In this document: positions 35,055 to 44,112 of the stretch, piece after piece
How positions within the stretch are numbered: the first letter of the stretch is position 1
Layout of the letters: each line of letters starts with the position of its first letter
From: Acutalibacteraceae bacterium
GTDB lineage: Bacteria; Actinomycetota; Coriobacteriia; Coriobacteriales; QAMH01
Reading direction: 5' to 3'
DNA: 64,000 nt
Assembly: GCA_963606965.1 (NCBI GenBank)
Contig: CAVDAL010000032.1
Location: 25-64,024 of the forward strand
Made by a program: the position numbers and the translations under genes
Notes under the pieces: generated by a model
What the model was told of the DNA's origin: nothing
Databases searched by the model: none
Seen by the model: the letters and a program-made list of their open reading frames with translations, nothing else

Positions 35055-36570
35055 TGACTGGTTCTAAACCAAGGCGTTCGGCCACAAAGCTAAGCTCTTC
35101 AACATAATCGCCATAAACAAGCGGAAGGTGGAGTCCAAAGCGTGCATGTTTTTGGAAGAAGTCATTAATGTTATTCACTTTGAAAATGAAGCCACCATTG
35201 CAGTTGTCTGTGTCATATCCAAGTCCAGCAACAATTTCGCCTTTTCCAATAAACATTTGCTTGCAATCAGAAGAAATACGAATCATCGTGATTGTTTGGC
35301 CTTTGTCTTTTTGGAAGTCATGGCGTTGAACTGCACCAAAGCCAGCATCCAGTGCAAAATGCCTTAATGCATATTCATCCAAATTATCAAAGCCATGGAA
35401 TGCACGGCATGGTGTTGAATGTGTGCACACATATAGATTTTCTTTTGTATCTACATCTGTTTCATATTTCGGGTCTGAAAAATTGATTTCGCCTTTTTCA
35501 TTAACTGGACATGGAAGAGTGTTACCCATATATGCAGCTTTTCCTGAAATTGCCATAACAATCAACATACAAAGAGCTGTGGTTACATCATATTCACAAG
35601 CTGAACCAAAGCCTTGTTCCAAATTTAGTGAATGTGTTAGGCAGAATGTGAATTGAATTTCATTCAGGCGGCGAGTTGAACATGAATCAGGACATGGTGC
35701 AGCAAAAGCAGAACAGTCATAATAATCCATCATCTTGCTAACCACTTTATATGCTTTTAGTGAATTGACAACAAATTTCTTTTCGATATTGCAGAAGCTT
35801 GCACCATTCATAAGTTCGTCAGCGAGTTCTTCACATTGAGCAATTTCTTCCTCTGTGATGTTATTTGTAATGCGCCCTGGAGTTGTATGATTTCCACCTT
35901 CTGGTAAAGGCGACATATAATCCATCATTTCATGTATATTAACGTAGCGGAAGTTTGTGCCCAACTTATCGCGCACCAAATTAAGGTTGTCGAATGTGTC
36001 TGTTCCGCCTGCCATTGCTTTGTCAGAACCAAAGCGTGTTGCACATAAGATGTTTGCATTGCGAACAATTTTTTCTGCAAGAAGGCCAATAAGTTTAGAT
36101 TTGAGTTCTTTCCAATCAAGAGCAAAAATCACATCTGCACCTCTGCGCACTGAAGATGCAAAGCAAAGCTGACCAAACATTTTGAATGGGTTTGCAGCAA
36201 TTGGCTTTTTTGTACGCAAGCAAAATTCTTCAATAACTGTATTAGCTCCAAATGCTGTATTTACAAGATAGAAGTCTGCTTCATGATCATCTTTAAGAGC
36301 TTCTTCAAACCATTCTTCTTTAATATCCCAATCATCCGTGCAACGAATAGTAGCTGGTTCAAGAACATTAAATCGTGGATCATTTTCAAGATTGAATTTT
36401 ATTGCTTGTGTGAATCCTTTATAGATTTTGCCATTAATTACTCCGTCAAAGCCTGGCTTTAATGCATCTCCTGAAGACATACGGCATGGACCTTCATAAT
36501 AATATTGATGTTCCATTGCAAAAAATACTGGCTTTACATTGAGTTGAAAATCCTTGATACTCTTTTTCAT
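35047..36570 (-). CDS. hypothetical enzyme, possibly of the L-fucose/L-arabinose-isomerase-like superfamily
   Basis: 507 aa from the ATG at 36570 (SD AGGGGAAAAG). Cys-rich core (FAAPCPDSCSTRR, GSACEYDVTTALCML) and a C-terminus (RFGLHLPLVYGDYVEELSFVAERLGLEPV) that resembles FucI/AraA-family C-termini. The family call is a weak recollection only. Confidence 0.35.
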   Translation of the reverse strand: MKKSIKDFQLNVKPVFFAMEHQYYYEGPCRMSSGDALKPGFDGVINGKIYKGFTQAIKFNLENDPRFNVLEPATIRCTDDWDIKEEWFEEALKDDHEADFYLVNTAFGANTVIEEFCLRTKKPIAANPFKMFGQLCFASSVRRGADVIFALDWKELKSKLIGLLAEKIVRNANILCATRFGSDKAMAGGTDTFDNLNLVRDKLGTNFRYVNIHEMMDYMSPLPEGGNHTTPGRITNNITEEEIAQCEELADELMNGASFCNIEKKFVVNSLKAYKVVSKMMDYYDCSAFAAPCPDSCSTRRLNEIQFTFCLTHSLNLEQGFGSACEYDVTTALCMLIVMAISGKAAYMGNTLPCPVNEKGEINFSDPKYETDVDTKENLYVCTHSTPCRAFHGFDNLDEYALRHFALDAGFGAVQRHDFQKDKGQTITMIRISSDCKQMFIGKGEIVAGLGYDTDNCNGGFIFKVNNINDFFQKHARFGLHLPLVYGDYVEELSFVAERLGLEPVIA

Positions 36571-36691
36571 CTTTTCCCCTTTATTCGATATTCGAACTGG
36601 CATTTTGCCAAAACATTAGCTGAATTGTATGAAGGCCAAATTTCTATTACAATGTTAAACTGCACAAGGAAATAAGAAAAAGGACAGCAAA

Positions 36692-37975
36692 ATGACAAAG
36701 ACAGTTCAGTCTTTTATAAATGATTTGCGTGAATCAAATGTTGTTTATACAAGCAGCAACGGCGATATAAGCGCTTCAAAAGTAGCATGGGTTATAGCTA
36801 TGCAAAATTCACTTTTGCAAGGGGGCGGATATCAAGAGCTCATTGATTTAGCTCAGCCAATTTTGCAAAACGCTCTTACTATGTCCGATGCTGGATTTCG
36901 CATTGTTGCTAACACGCAAGAAATTAAGCCTAGCATGCCAGAAGTAAAAAAGGCTATCGAACAAGGCTTTTTTGGAAATGAAGAACTTGAAGTTTTCAGA
37001 AAAAACGGGCGTCCTTTGCGCTGGAGCACTCAAAGCGGCATAGCAATTTTGGAAAATACAAATGGCAAAGGAATTGTTGAATGTATCTTCCGAGTGAAAG
37101 GTCTTTATGCTGCACATCTTGTGATGGAATGTATTGGCCGCAAGCTTGATGATGAAAATTTAATGAATGATTTTTCTCTTTTATGCAATTGCATAGAAAT
37201 GCATATCAAGCAAAATTTGCCTGCAAGTAGTATATTGAATCAAGGCTCAACAAAAGTTTTGGTCGACTTGGCTCATGGAATTTCAGTTCCAAAACAGCGC
37301 CTGCGAGCATGGATGCGCACAACAGATTTTGAAGATGGAATTTTGCACACGCTTGCTTTATTTGATTTTGCATATCAGAAAGAAGAAAAACAGTTGGCGG
37401 TAGCTGCTTGTTTGCGCATAGGTGAGCTCTTTCCACATGCTATTGTTGGCTTGGATGATTGCAGAGCTGTAATGGTTTTTCCTCATGATGTTAATGATAA
37501 TTCTTATAGTAAAAAACTTTTGTCATATGCGCATTATAGTGGGTCTATTATTGGCATTTCTGATAATTTTAATAATATTAATGATATTTCATTTGCTTAT
37601 AAACAAGCTTGCATTGCACTTGAACGAAGGAACGACTTGCACAGTGCAATTTATCCTTTCAAACAGTGCTTTGCATCATATGTAATGTCTGCTCAAGACA
37701 GAGATGACGAACTTATTAGCTATTGTTTGCAGCATTGTATCCCAATGCGTCTTATGGAATCTGATAAAAAAATGAATACAGATGATTGCAGATTGCTCTT
37801 TGAATATTTGCGAGGCGAAAGGAAGTCATCTGCGGTTGCAAATTTGCTGCATATGCACAGGAATACTCTTTTATATAGAATTAAACGAATTGAAGATGAA
37901 TATCATATCGACTTAGATGATTGGTCAACTCGCGAAAGACTTATTGTTGAATATCGCGCGATGAGTTATGAATAA
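36692..37975 (+). CDS. PucR/CdaR-family transcriptional regulator
   Basis: C-terminal PucR-type HTH SAVANLLHMHRNTLLYRIKRIEDEYHIDLDD. Divergent from the 35047-36570 / 33300-35054 operon. Confidence 0.7.
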   Translation: MTKTVQSFINDLRESNVVYTSSNGDISASKVAWVIAMQNSLLQGGGYQELIDLAQPILQNALTMSDAGFRIVANTQEIKPSMPEVKKAIEQGFFGNEELEVFRKNGRPLRWSTQSGIAILENTNGKGIVECIFRVKGLYAAHLVMECIGRKLDDENLMNDFSLLCNCIEMHIKQNLPASSILNQGSTKVLVDLAHGISVPKQRLRAWMRTTDFEDGILHTLALFDFAYQKEEKQLAVAACLRIGELFPHAIVGLDDCRAVMVFPHDVNDNSYSKKLLSYAHYSGSIIGISDNFNNINDISFAYKQACIALERRNDLHSAIYPFKQCFASYVMSAQDRDDELISYCLQHCIPMRLMESDKKMNTDDCRLLFEYLRGERKSSAVANLLHMHRNTLLYRIKRIEDEYHIDLDDWSTRERLIVEYRAMSYE

Positions 37976-38160
37976 AACTTTACTTCATTTTTTAGGTCGC
38001 GGCTAAGAATGTCAAAGCAGCAAGCAAGTGATAATTATGCGCCGCCTGTAATACTCGCTATTCACTTCGCACTATAAGTGTGCTGCTCGTATGCTTAATT
38101 CGTACGCTTTGAAGGTACAATCCTTGTTCGGCTGTTTACAGACTTTAACAAAGGATTGCA

Positions 38161-40989
38161 ATGACAGAAGAAACCCCAAATTATAAACAGACAATGAATT
38201 TGCCAAAAACTGCTTTTAAAATGAAGGCTGGTCTTCCGCAAAAAGAACCACAGCGCTTGAAGGTGTGGGAAGAAGCTGACCTTTATCATAAAGTTTTAGA
38301 GCAGAATAAAGATAATGAACCATTTATTTTGCATGATGGCCCGCCATATGCAAATGGCCCTATTCATATTGGCCATGCTTTCAACAAGATTTTAAAAGAT
38401 ATCATTGTTAAATATAAATCACAGCGTGGATATTATGCTCCATATGTCCCAGGTTGGGATTGCCATGGTTTGCCTATTGAAAATAAAGTGGAAAACCAAC
38501 TTGGTCCAGAAAAGATGAAGAAAATTCCTACGCCAACATTCCGCAAAATCTGCCGTGAATATGCTGAAAAGCAATTGGATGGTCAGCGTGAAGGCTTTAA
38601 GCGTCTTGGCGTTGGTGGTGAATGGGACGACCCATATTTAACATTCTTGCCTGAATATGAAGCTGGCAATATTGAAGTCTTCAAAAAGATGTATCTGGAC
38701 GGCGCAATTTATCAAGGACGCAAGCCAATTCATTGGTGTTCGCATTGTCATACAGCTTTAGCTGAAGCTGAAATTGAATATTCAGATGAAGTTTCACCTT
38801 CAATTTATGTGAAATTTTATTTCACAAAAATGCCTCAAGCTTTTGCTGAAGCAGCAAAGGCTGCTGGGCTTGCAGAAGCAAAAAGCGGCATCATTATTTG
38901 GACAACAACTCCATGGACTTTGCCTGCAAATAAAGCAGTAAGCCTTGCACCTAGTGCTGATTATGTTGCTGTTATTGTTGATGGTGAACTGCTTATTATG
39001 GCTCAAGAGCTTGTTGAACAAGTTGCAGAAATTGTTGGCTGGAATGCTTATGAAATTTTGCAAAGCAATGGTGCTGACTTCACTGTTAAGGGCAAAGATT
39101 TAGCTCAAGAACATTATGTTCACCCAATCTTGGATGGTGAAGAAGGCATTCTTATCTATGGCGACCATGTCACATTAGACACTGGTACTGGTGCTGTTCA
39201 TACAGCTCCAGGTCATGGCATGGATGACTACTTGGTTTGCCAAGATTTTGGAATTGAAACTGTAATGCCAGTTGATGACGATGGCAAATTTATGGCTGGC
39301 ACTTGCCCTTGGGAAGGTAAAGATGCAGTTGAATCAAATCCTGAAATTATTGAGTGGCTGCGCGAGCGTGGCACAATGCTGGCTGCTGTTAAGATTTCTC
39401 ACTCTTATCCACATTGTTGGCGCTGCAAAGAACCAGTAATCTTCCGTGCAACAACACAATGGTTTGTTTCTATGGACAAAACTGGTTTGCGCGATGCAGC
39501 CATGAATGAAATCAATAATAACGTGCAATGGATTCCTGGTTGGGCATCTAACCGCATTGGTTCAATGGTTCAAGATCGTCCTGATTGGTGCATTAGCCGC
39601 CAGCGCTTCTGGGGTGTTCCAATTCCTGTATTTACCTGCAAGGATTGCGGGGAAACTATAGCAACAGAAGAAACTTTCGATGCCGTCATCGAGCTTTTCA
39701 AAACGGAAGGCGCAGATGCTTGGTATTCAAAGTCTGCTCAAGAAATTTTGCCAGCTGGCACATGTTGTCCAAAGTGCGGCAGCAAAAATATCGAAGGCGA
39801 CAAAGACGTCTTGGATGTTTGGTGGGAATCTGGCGTTTCACATACAAGCGTTTGTGAAGCTCGTCCATATTTGCAGCGCCCAGCAGATCTTTATTTGGAA
39901 GGCAGCGACCAACATCGTGGTTGGTTCCAATCTTCGCTTTTAACAAGCACAGCTGCTTATGGCAAAGCTCCTTATAAAGCTGTTATGAGCTGCGGATTTA
40001 CTGTGGACAAAGATGGCAAAAAGATGTCAAAGTCAATTGGCAATGTCATCGACCCTGCAGATGTTATTGCAAAGGTTGGCGCTGACGTTTTGCGCTTGTG
40101 GGTTGGTTCAGTTGATTATTCGCAAGATGTAAGCATTGGCGATGAAATTATCGACCGCACTTCTGAAGCATATCGACGCATCCGCAATACATATCGCTAT
40201 TTGTTAAGCAATCTTTATGATTTTTCAAATGATGATTATGTTGCAGAAGGCGACATGCTTGAATTTGATGCATGGGCACAAGCAAAATTGATGCAAGTTT
40301 GTGAAGAAGTCACAAAGCATTATGACGAATATCATTTCCATGCAGCATATCGCACATGGTATGACTTCATTGTTATGATTTCTTCTGTATATTTTGATGC
40401 AATTAAAGATAGGCTTTATTCTGATGCTGCTGTTTCATTGCAGCGCCGCAGCGCACAGACTGTTTTAGCAAATATGCTTGAAGCTATGGTGCGTCAGCTT
40501 GCTCCAATTTTGACATTCACAACAGATGAAGTTTGGGGCTTTTATCCTGATGGCTTGAAGAAAGAAGACCGCCCTGAATTTATCCAACTTGCTGGCTGGG
40601 TTGAAGCTAGTGATTTTGTCCCTTCACTTTCTGAAGAAAAGCGTGCAAGCTTGCTTGAAACATATGAGGCAGTTTCTGCTGCTAGAGACGTTGTAACAAA
40701 AGCTCTGGAAGAAGCTCGCAATGCTGAACTTATCAACAAGAGCCAAGAAGCAAGTGTTATTTTGACTGCTCCTTCAGATATGTTTGACTTGTTGAATGCA
40801 CGCGGCAAAGATGCTTTGGCTGAGATGTTCATTGTTTCTGAAGTTGAATTGCAGCAGGGTGACGAATTGTCAGCTGAAGTTAAAAAAGCATCTGGTGAAA
40901 AATGCCCACGTTGTTGGAACTATAGAGAACTTGGTGAAGATGGTTTGTGCCAACGTTGCCATGCGGTGGTGGATGCTTTTGAAGCGTAA
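38161..40989 (+). CDS. ileS: isoleucine--tRNA ligase
   Basis: HIGH region PPYANGPIHIGHAFN, KMSKS as GKKMSKSIGN, editing-domain blocks, and C-terminal zinc knuckles CPRCWNY...CQRC. Confidence 0.95.
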   Translation: MTEETPNYKQTMNLPKTAFKMKAGLPQKEPQRLKVWEEADLYHKVLEQNKDNEPFILHDGPPYANGPIHIGHAFNKILKDIIVKYKSQRGYYAPYVPGWDCHGLPIENKVENQLGPEKMKKIPTPTFRKICREYAEKQLDGQREGFKRLGVGGEWDDPYLTFLPEYEAGNIEVFKKMYLDGAIYQGRKPIHWCSHCHTALAEAEIEYSDEVSPSIYVKFYFTKMPQAFAEAAKAAGLAEAKSGIIIWTTTPWTLPANKAVSLAPSADYVAVIVDGELLIMAQELVEQVAEIVGWNAYEILQSNGADFTVKGKDLAQEHYVHPILDGEEGILIYGDHVTLDTGTGAVHTAPGHGMDDYLVCQDFGIETVMPVDDDGKFMAGTCPWEGKDAVESNPEIIEWLRERGTMLAAVKISHSYPHCWRCKEPVIFRATTQWFVSMDKTGLRDAAMNEINNNVQWIPGWASNRIGSMVQDRPDWCISRQRFWGVPIPVFTCKDCGETIATEETFDAVIELFKTEGADAWYSKSAQEILPAGTCCPKCGSKNIEGDKDVLDVWWESGVSHTSVCEARPYLQRPADLYLEGSDQHRGWFQSSLLTSTAAYGKAPYKAVMSCGFTVDKDGKKMSKSIGNVIDPADVIAKVGADVLRLWVGSVDYSQDVSIGDEIIDRTSEAYRRIRNTYRYLLSNLYDFSNDDYVAEGDMLEFDAWAQAKLMQVCEEVTKHYDEYHFHAAYRTWYDFIVMISSVYFDAIKDRLYSDAAVSLQRRSAQTVLANMLEAMVRQLAPILTFTTDEVWGFYPDGLKKEDRPEFIQLAGWVEASDFVPSLSEEKRASLLETYEAVSAARDVVTKALEEARNAELINKSQEASVILTAPSDMFDLLNARGKDALAEMFIVSEVELQQGDELSAEVKKASGEKCPRCWNYRELGEDGLCQRCHAVVDAFEA

Positions 40990-41440
40990 AGGTTCATTTG
41001 TAACTTTTATAATAGAGCTGCTCATCTTTGTCACGCTTGATCGCATTACAAAGATTTGGGCAGAAAATGCAAACTTTAGCGAGGCCGATTCATTTGGCCT
41101 CGTCCGCTTTACGCTTGTTCATAATCAAGGTGCAGCTTTTGGAATAGGGCAAGGCAAGCAAGGTCTTTTTATTGTAATAGCTGCTGTAATTTTTATCATC
41201 ATTTTGCTGTGGCTCCTTATAGCAAGCAGGCATGGCAAACTTGAAGTGTTTTCTCTTGGCCTTCTTGCTGCTGGTGCTTTTGGCAATGTTGTCGACCGCG
41301 TTGACTATGGCTATGTTGTTGACTTCATCGACTTTACTTTCATTGATTTTCCCGTCTTTAATGTCGCAGATATTTGCGTTGTTGTTGGCGTCATATTGTT
41401 TGTTGTGTCCATCTTATTCTTTTCCCCGCAAGAGGACTGA
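40973..41440 (+). CDS. lspA: lipoprotein signal peptidase II
   Basis: LDRITKIWA, NQGAAFGIG, GNVVDRV..GYVVDFIDF, FPVFNVADICVVVG (catalytic Asp contexts). The ATG at 40973 overlaps the ileS end; the track start at 40796 lies inside ileS. Confidence 0.85.
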   Translation: MLLKRKGSFVTFIIELLIFVTLDRITKIWAENANFSEADSFGLVRFTLVHNQGAAFGIGQGKQGLFIVIAAVIFIIILLWLLIASRHGKLEVFSLGLLAAGAFGNVVDRVDYGYVVDFIDFTFIDFPVFNVADICVVVGVILFVVSILFFSPQED

Positions 41441-41445
41441 TAATT

Positions 41446-42486
41446 GTGGCAGAGCATGTACGACATATTGTTGATGCGCAAGAACATGGCAAACGCTTAG
41501 ACATTTGCATTGCTGAACTTGAAATTGATGCGATTGCTTCGCGCAGTGCAGCTGTGCGTTTAATTGAATCTGGCAGAGTGATGCTTAATGGCAAGCCTTC
41601 CACAAAAAAGCATATAGTTATGGAAGGCGACACCATCACAATGGAAATTGTTCCGCGCACGCCTGCAGACACTTGTGTTGAGCCAACATATTCAATAGAT
41701 TTAGATATTCGCTATGAAGATGAACATGTGATTGTCTTGTCAAAACAGGCTGGGCTTGTTTGCCACCCGTCGCGCGGACATTATAATGACACGCTTGCAA
41801 ATGCTCTTGTTGCGCACTGCGGGTTGGAAAATTTAGCAGAAGTTCAAGGGGAGGACAGGCCTGGAATTGTACACAGACTCGACCGCGACACAAGTGGTTT
41901 AATGCTTGCCGCAAAAACTGATATTGCTGCTGCAAGATTGCAGGATGCTATTCGCATGCGCGAAGTTGACAGGCGTTATATGACTTTGGTTCATGGTTCA
42001 ATTGCTCATGATACTGGAATGATTGATGCTCCAATTGCGCGCGCAAGTGCAGACCGCATGCGCATGATGGTAAGTGATAATCCAAGTGCAAGAAGTTCTG
42101 TTACAACATTTAGTGTTTTGGAACGCTTTGCAGCAGGGCAGTTCGATGACGGCTATTCGCTTTTGGAATGCAAACTTTATACTGGCCGCACCCACCAAAT
42201 TCGAGTGCACATGGCATATGCTCATCATCCTGTTGTTGGTGACCCATTGTATGGACGCGCTGCAAATGTGAAAGCTCGCAATAAAGCTGCTGCTCTTAAA
42301 ACAGAATTAGGCCTTGAGAGGCAATTTCTTCATTCATATAAGTTAGAATTTACTCACCCTGTTAGTGGCGAGCTTTTGAGCTTTCAAGATGATATTTCTG
42401 AAGATTTGCAAGAAGTGCTTGATGGCTTGGCATGTCATTCGATGGGGCGCACAGATTATGGCCAAGAAGTATTAGATAAAGAATAA
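41446..42486 (+). CDS. rluD: RluA/RluD-family 23S rRNA pseudouridine synthase
   Basis: S4-like N-terminus (KRLDICIAEL...ASRSAAVRLIESGRVMLNG) and catalytic motif HRLDRDTSGLML. Probable GTG start at 41446. Confidence 0.8.
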   Translation: MAEHVRHIVDAQEHGKRLDICIAELEIDAIASRSAAVRLIESGRVMLNGKPSTKKHIVMEGDTITMEIVPRTPADTCVEPTYSIDLDIRYEDEHVIVLSKQAGLVCHPSRGHYNDTLANALVAHCGLENLAEVQGEDRPGIVHRLDRDTSGLMLAAKTDIAAARLQDAIRMREVDRRYMTLVHGSIAHDTGMIDAPIARASADRMRMMVSDNPSARSSVTTFSVLERFAAGQFDDGYSLLECKLYTGRTHQIRVHMAYAHHPVVGDPLYGRAANVKARNKAAALKTELGLERQFLHSYKLEFTHPVSGELLSFQDDISEDLQEVLDGLACHSMGRTDYGQEVLDKE

Positions 42487-42500
42487 TTGTTAGGTGAATT

Positions 42501-43331
42501 ATGGCTGACGGCAAACATAACAAGAGAAAAGGCTTGGAAGCATCTCCACAAGATTTGCGCAAACATAGTGCATATAGTCGAACAACTCATGATGCTCAAG
42601 AATTTCAAGGCTTGCAGGACAAGCGCAAACGCAGAAAGAAGCGCAAGTCTGCAAATGTCATGTTCTTTATTTTCTTGGCAATCTTTATCATCTCTTTAGC
42701 TTGTCTTGCTTATTATGGAATCAATAGATATGTTATGCCCGAGCGCGAATTTACAAAGTTGGCTCAGCAATCATCAGAAATTGCTAAGCTTAATGAACAA
42801 AATGGTGCATGCGTTGGTTGGGTAAAGGTTGAAGACACTCGTATCGATTATCCTGTGATGTTTACTCCTTCAGACCCGGAAAAATATTTGCATCTTGACT
42901 TTGATAAAAATTATTCAGCGGCTGGCACTCCATTTATTGGTGAAGGATGCGATATGGAAAGCAATAGCATAATTGTTTATGGTCACCATATGCGCGTTGG
43001 TACAATGTTTGCAAACTTGACTAAGTTCGAAGATGTTGATTTTGCGAAGTCGCATGATATTGAATTTGAAACATTAATGCGTGCTAAAGCTTCATATCAA
43101 GTTGTTGCTGTTGTTCGATGTGACTTAACAAGCAGTGACTATTATAAATTCTGGAATCATGTTGGCGATTTAACAGAAGATGAATATGAAGAATTTGTCC
43201 AAACAATGAAGGGGCTTTCATCTATTGATACAGGCGTCGAGCCAAAATATGGACAGAATTTGTTAATGCTTTCCACGTGTACATATGGCACAGATGATGA
43301 ACGTCTTGTTGTTTTAGCGGTGCAAAAATAA
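42501..43331 (+). CDS. srtB: class B sortase
   Basis: N-terminal basic stretch plus a TM anchor, WVKVEDTRIDYPVM, VYGHHM, the catalytic LSTC (TLxTC-type) and a downstream conserved Arg region. Confidence 0.7.
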   Translation: MADGKHNKRKGLEASPQDLRKHSAYSRTTHDAQEFQGLQDKRKRRKKRKSANVMFFIFLAIFIISLACLAYYGINRYVMPEREFTKLAQQSSEIAKLNEQNGACVGWVKVEDTRIDYPVMFTPSDPEKYLHLDFDKNYSAAGTPFIGEGCDMESNSIIVYGHHMRVGTMFANLTKFEDVDFAKSHDIEFETLMRAKASYQVVAVVRCDLTSSDYYKFWNHVGDLTEDEYEEFVQTMKGLSSIDTGVEPKYGQNLLMLSTCTYGTDDERLVVLAVQK

Positions 43332-43954
43332 TGTCAAAACGCTGCATAATTGTTGCTTCTGCACTCGAGGATGCATGCGCTGTGGAATGCGCTGCAGGTG
43401 ATTTTGTGGTTGCGGCAGATGCAGGATATTTGTGCTGCAACAAGCACGGAATAATTCCAGATTTGGTTGTTGGCGACTTTGATTCTATGCGCATCGAAGA
43501 ACTTGATGGTGCAGCTTGTGAACATGTGCAGCTGCCTTGTGCAAAGGACGACACAGACACTTTAGCTGCAATTCGTGCTGGCCTTGAACAAGGTTGCAGT
43601 GAATTTCATATTTATGGCGGCATTAGCACAGACATGGCTCATTCATTTGCAAACTTTCAATGTTTAAATTTCTTGGAAGAGCATAATGCACATGGCTTTC
43701 TTCATACGGAAGGGCAAGTTGCTCAGCTTGTATATGCTGGCAGCGAGCTGCAATTTGAAGATGAAATTAATAAAAGGCTTTCGATTTTTGCACTGGGGCA
43801 AAGAGCTTGCAAAGTTAGTTTGTGTGGCACAAAATGGACTCTTGACAATGCAACTTTAAGTGAAGCATTTCCTGTTGGCGTTAGCAATGTCATCATTGAA
43901 AAATCAGCCAAGCTTTCTGTTCATGAAGGCAAGCTACTTTGTATCCTTGGCTAG
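43331..43954 (+). CDS. thiN: thiamine diphosphokinase
   Basis: ADAGY...PDLVVGDFDS...KDDTD motif series typical of TPK. TAATG overlap with srtB. Confidence 0.7.
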   Translation: MSKRCIIVASALEDACAVECAAGDFVVAADAGYLCCNKHGIIPDLVVGDFDSMRIEELDGAACEHVQLPCAKDDTDTLAAIRAGLEQGCSEFHIYGGISTDMAHSFANFQCLNFLEEHNAHGFLHTEGQVAQLVYAGSELQFEDEINKRLSIFALGQRACKVSLCGTKWTLDNATLSEAFPVGVSNVIIEKSAKLSVHEGKLLCILG

Positions 43955-44112
43955 AATTTTCCTGCATGAAATATGGATTTTATTTTATGAAGCTATGAAG
44001 AGCTTGTGCTTATGTGCGCCATATACAAGGTTTTGTCTTGCGCAGCGTTATTAGCTCGCGTAAAATGCTTAAAAGTCTTTTTGAATGAAGATTAATTGCA
44101 GAAAAGAGAGGC

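Noticed and set aside
37976-38160. Canonical T-box riboswitch upstream of ileS.
   Set aside because: No AGAGA/GA-motif K-turn, no distal Stem I loops, and no GGUGGUACCGCG / UGGN bulge could be found by eye. Kept only as a low-interest structured-leader finding.
40796-40972. Long form of lspA (214 aa) and long forms of tcdA (12473), aroQ (49685), the antitoxin (4335) and lemA (5009).
   Set aside because: The N-terminal extensions overlap upstream genes or terminators and lack SDs. The family-typical N-termini begin at internal ATGs that do have SDs.
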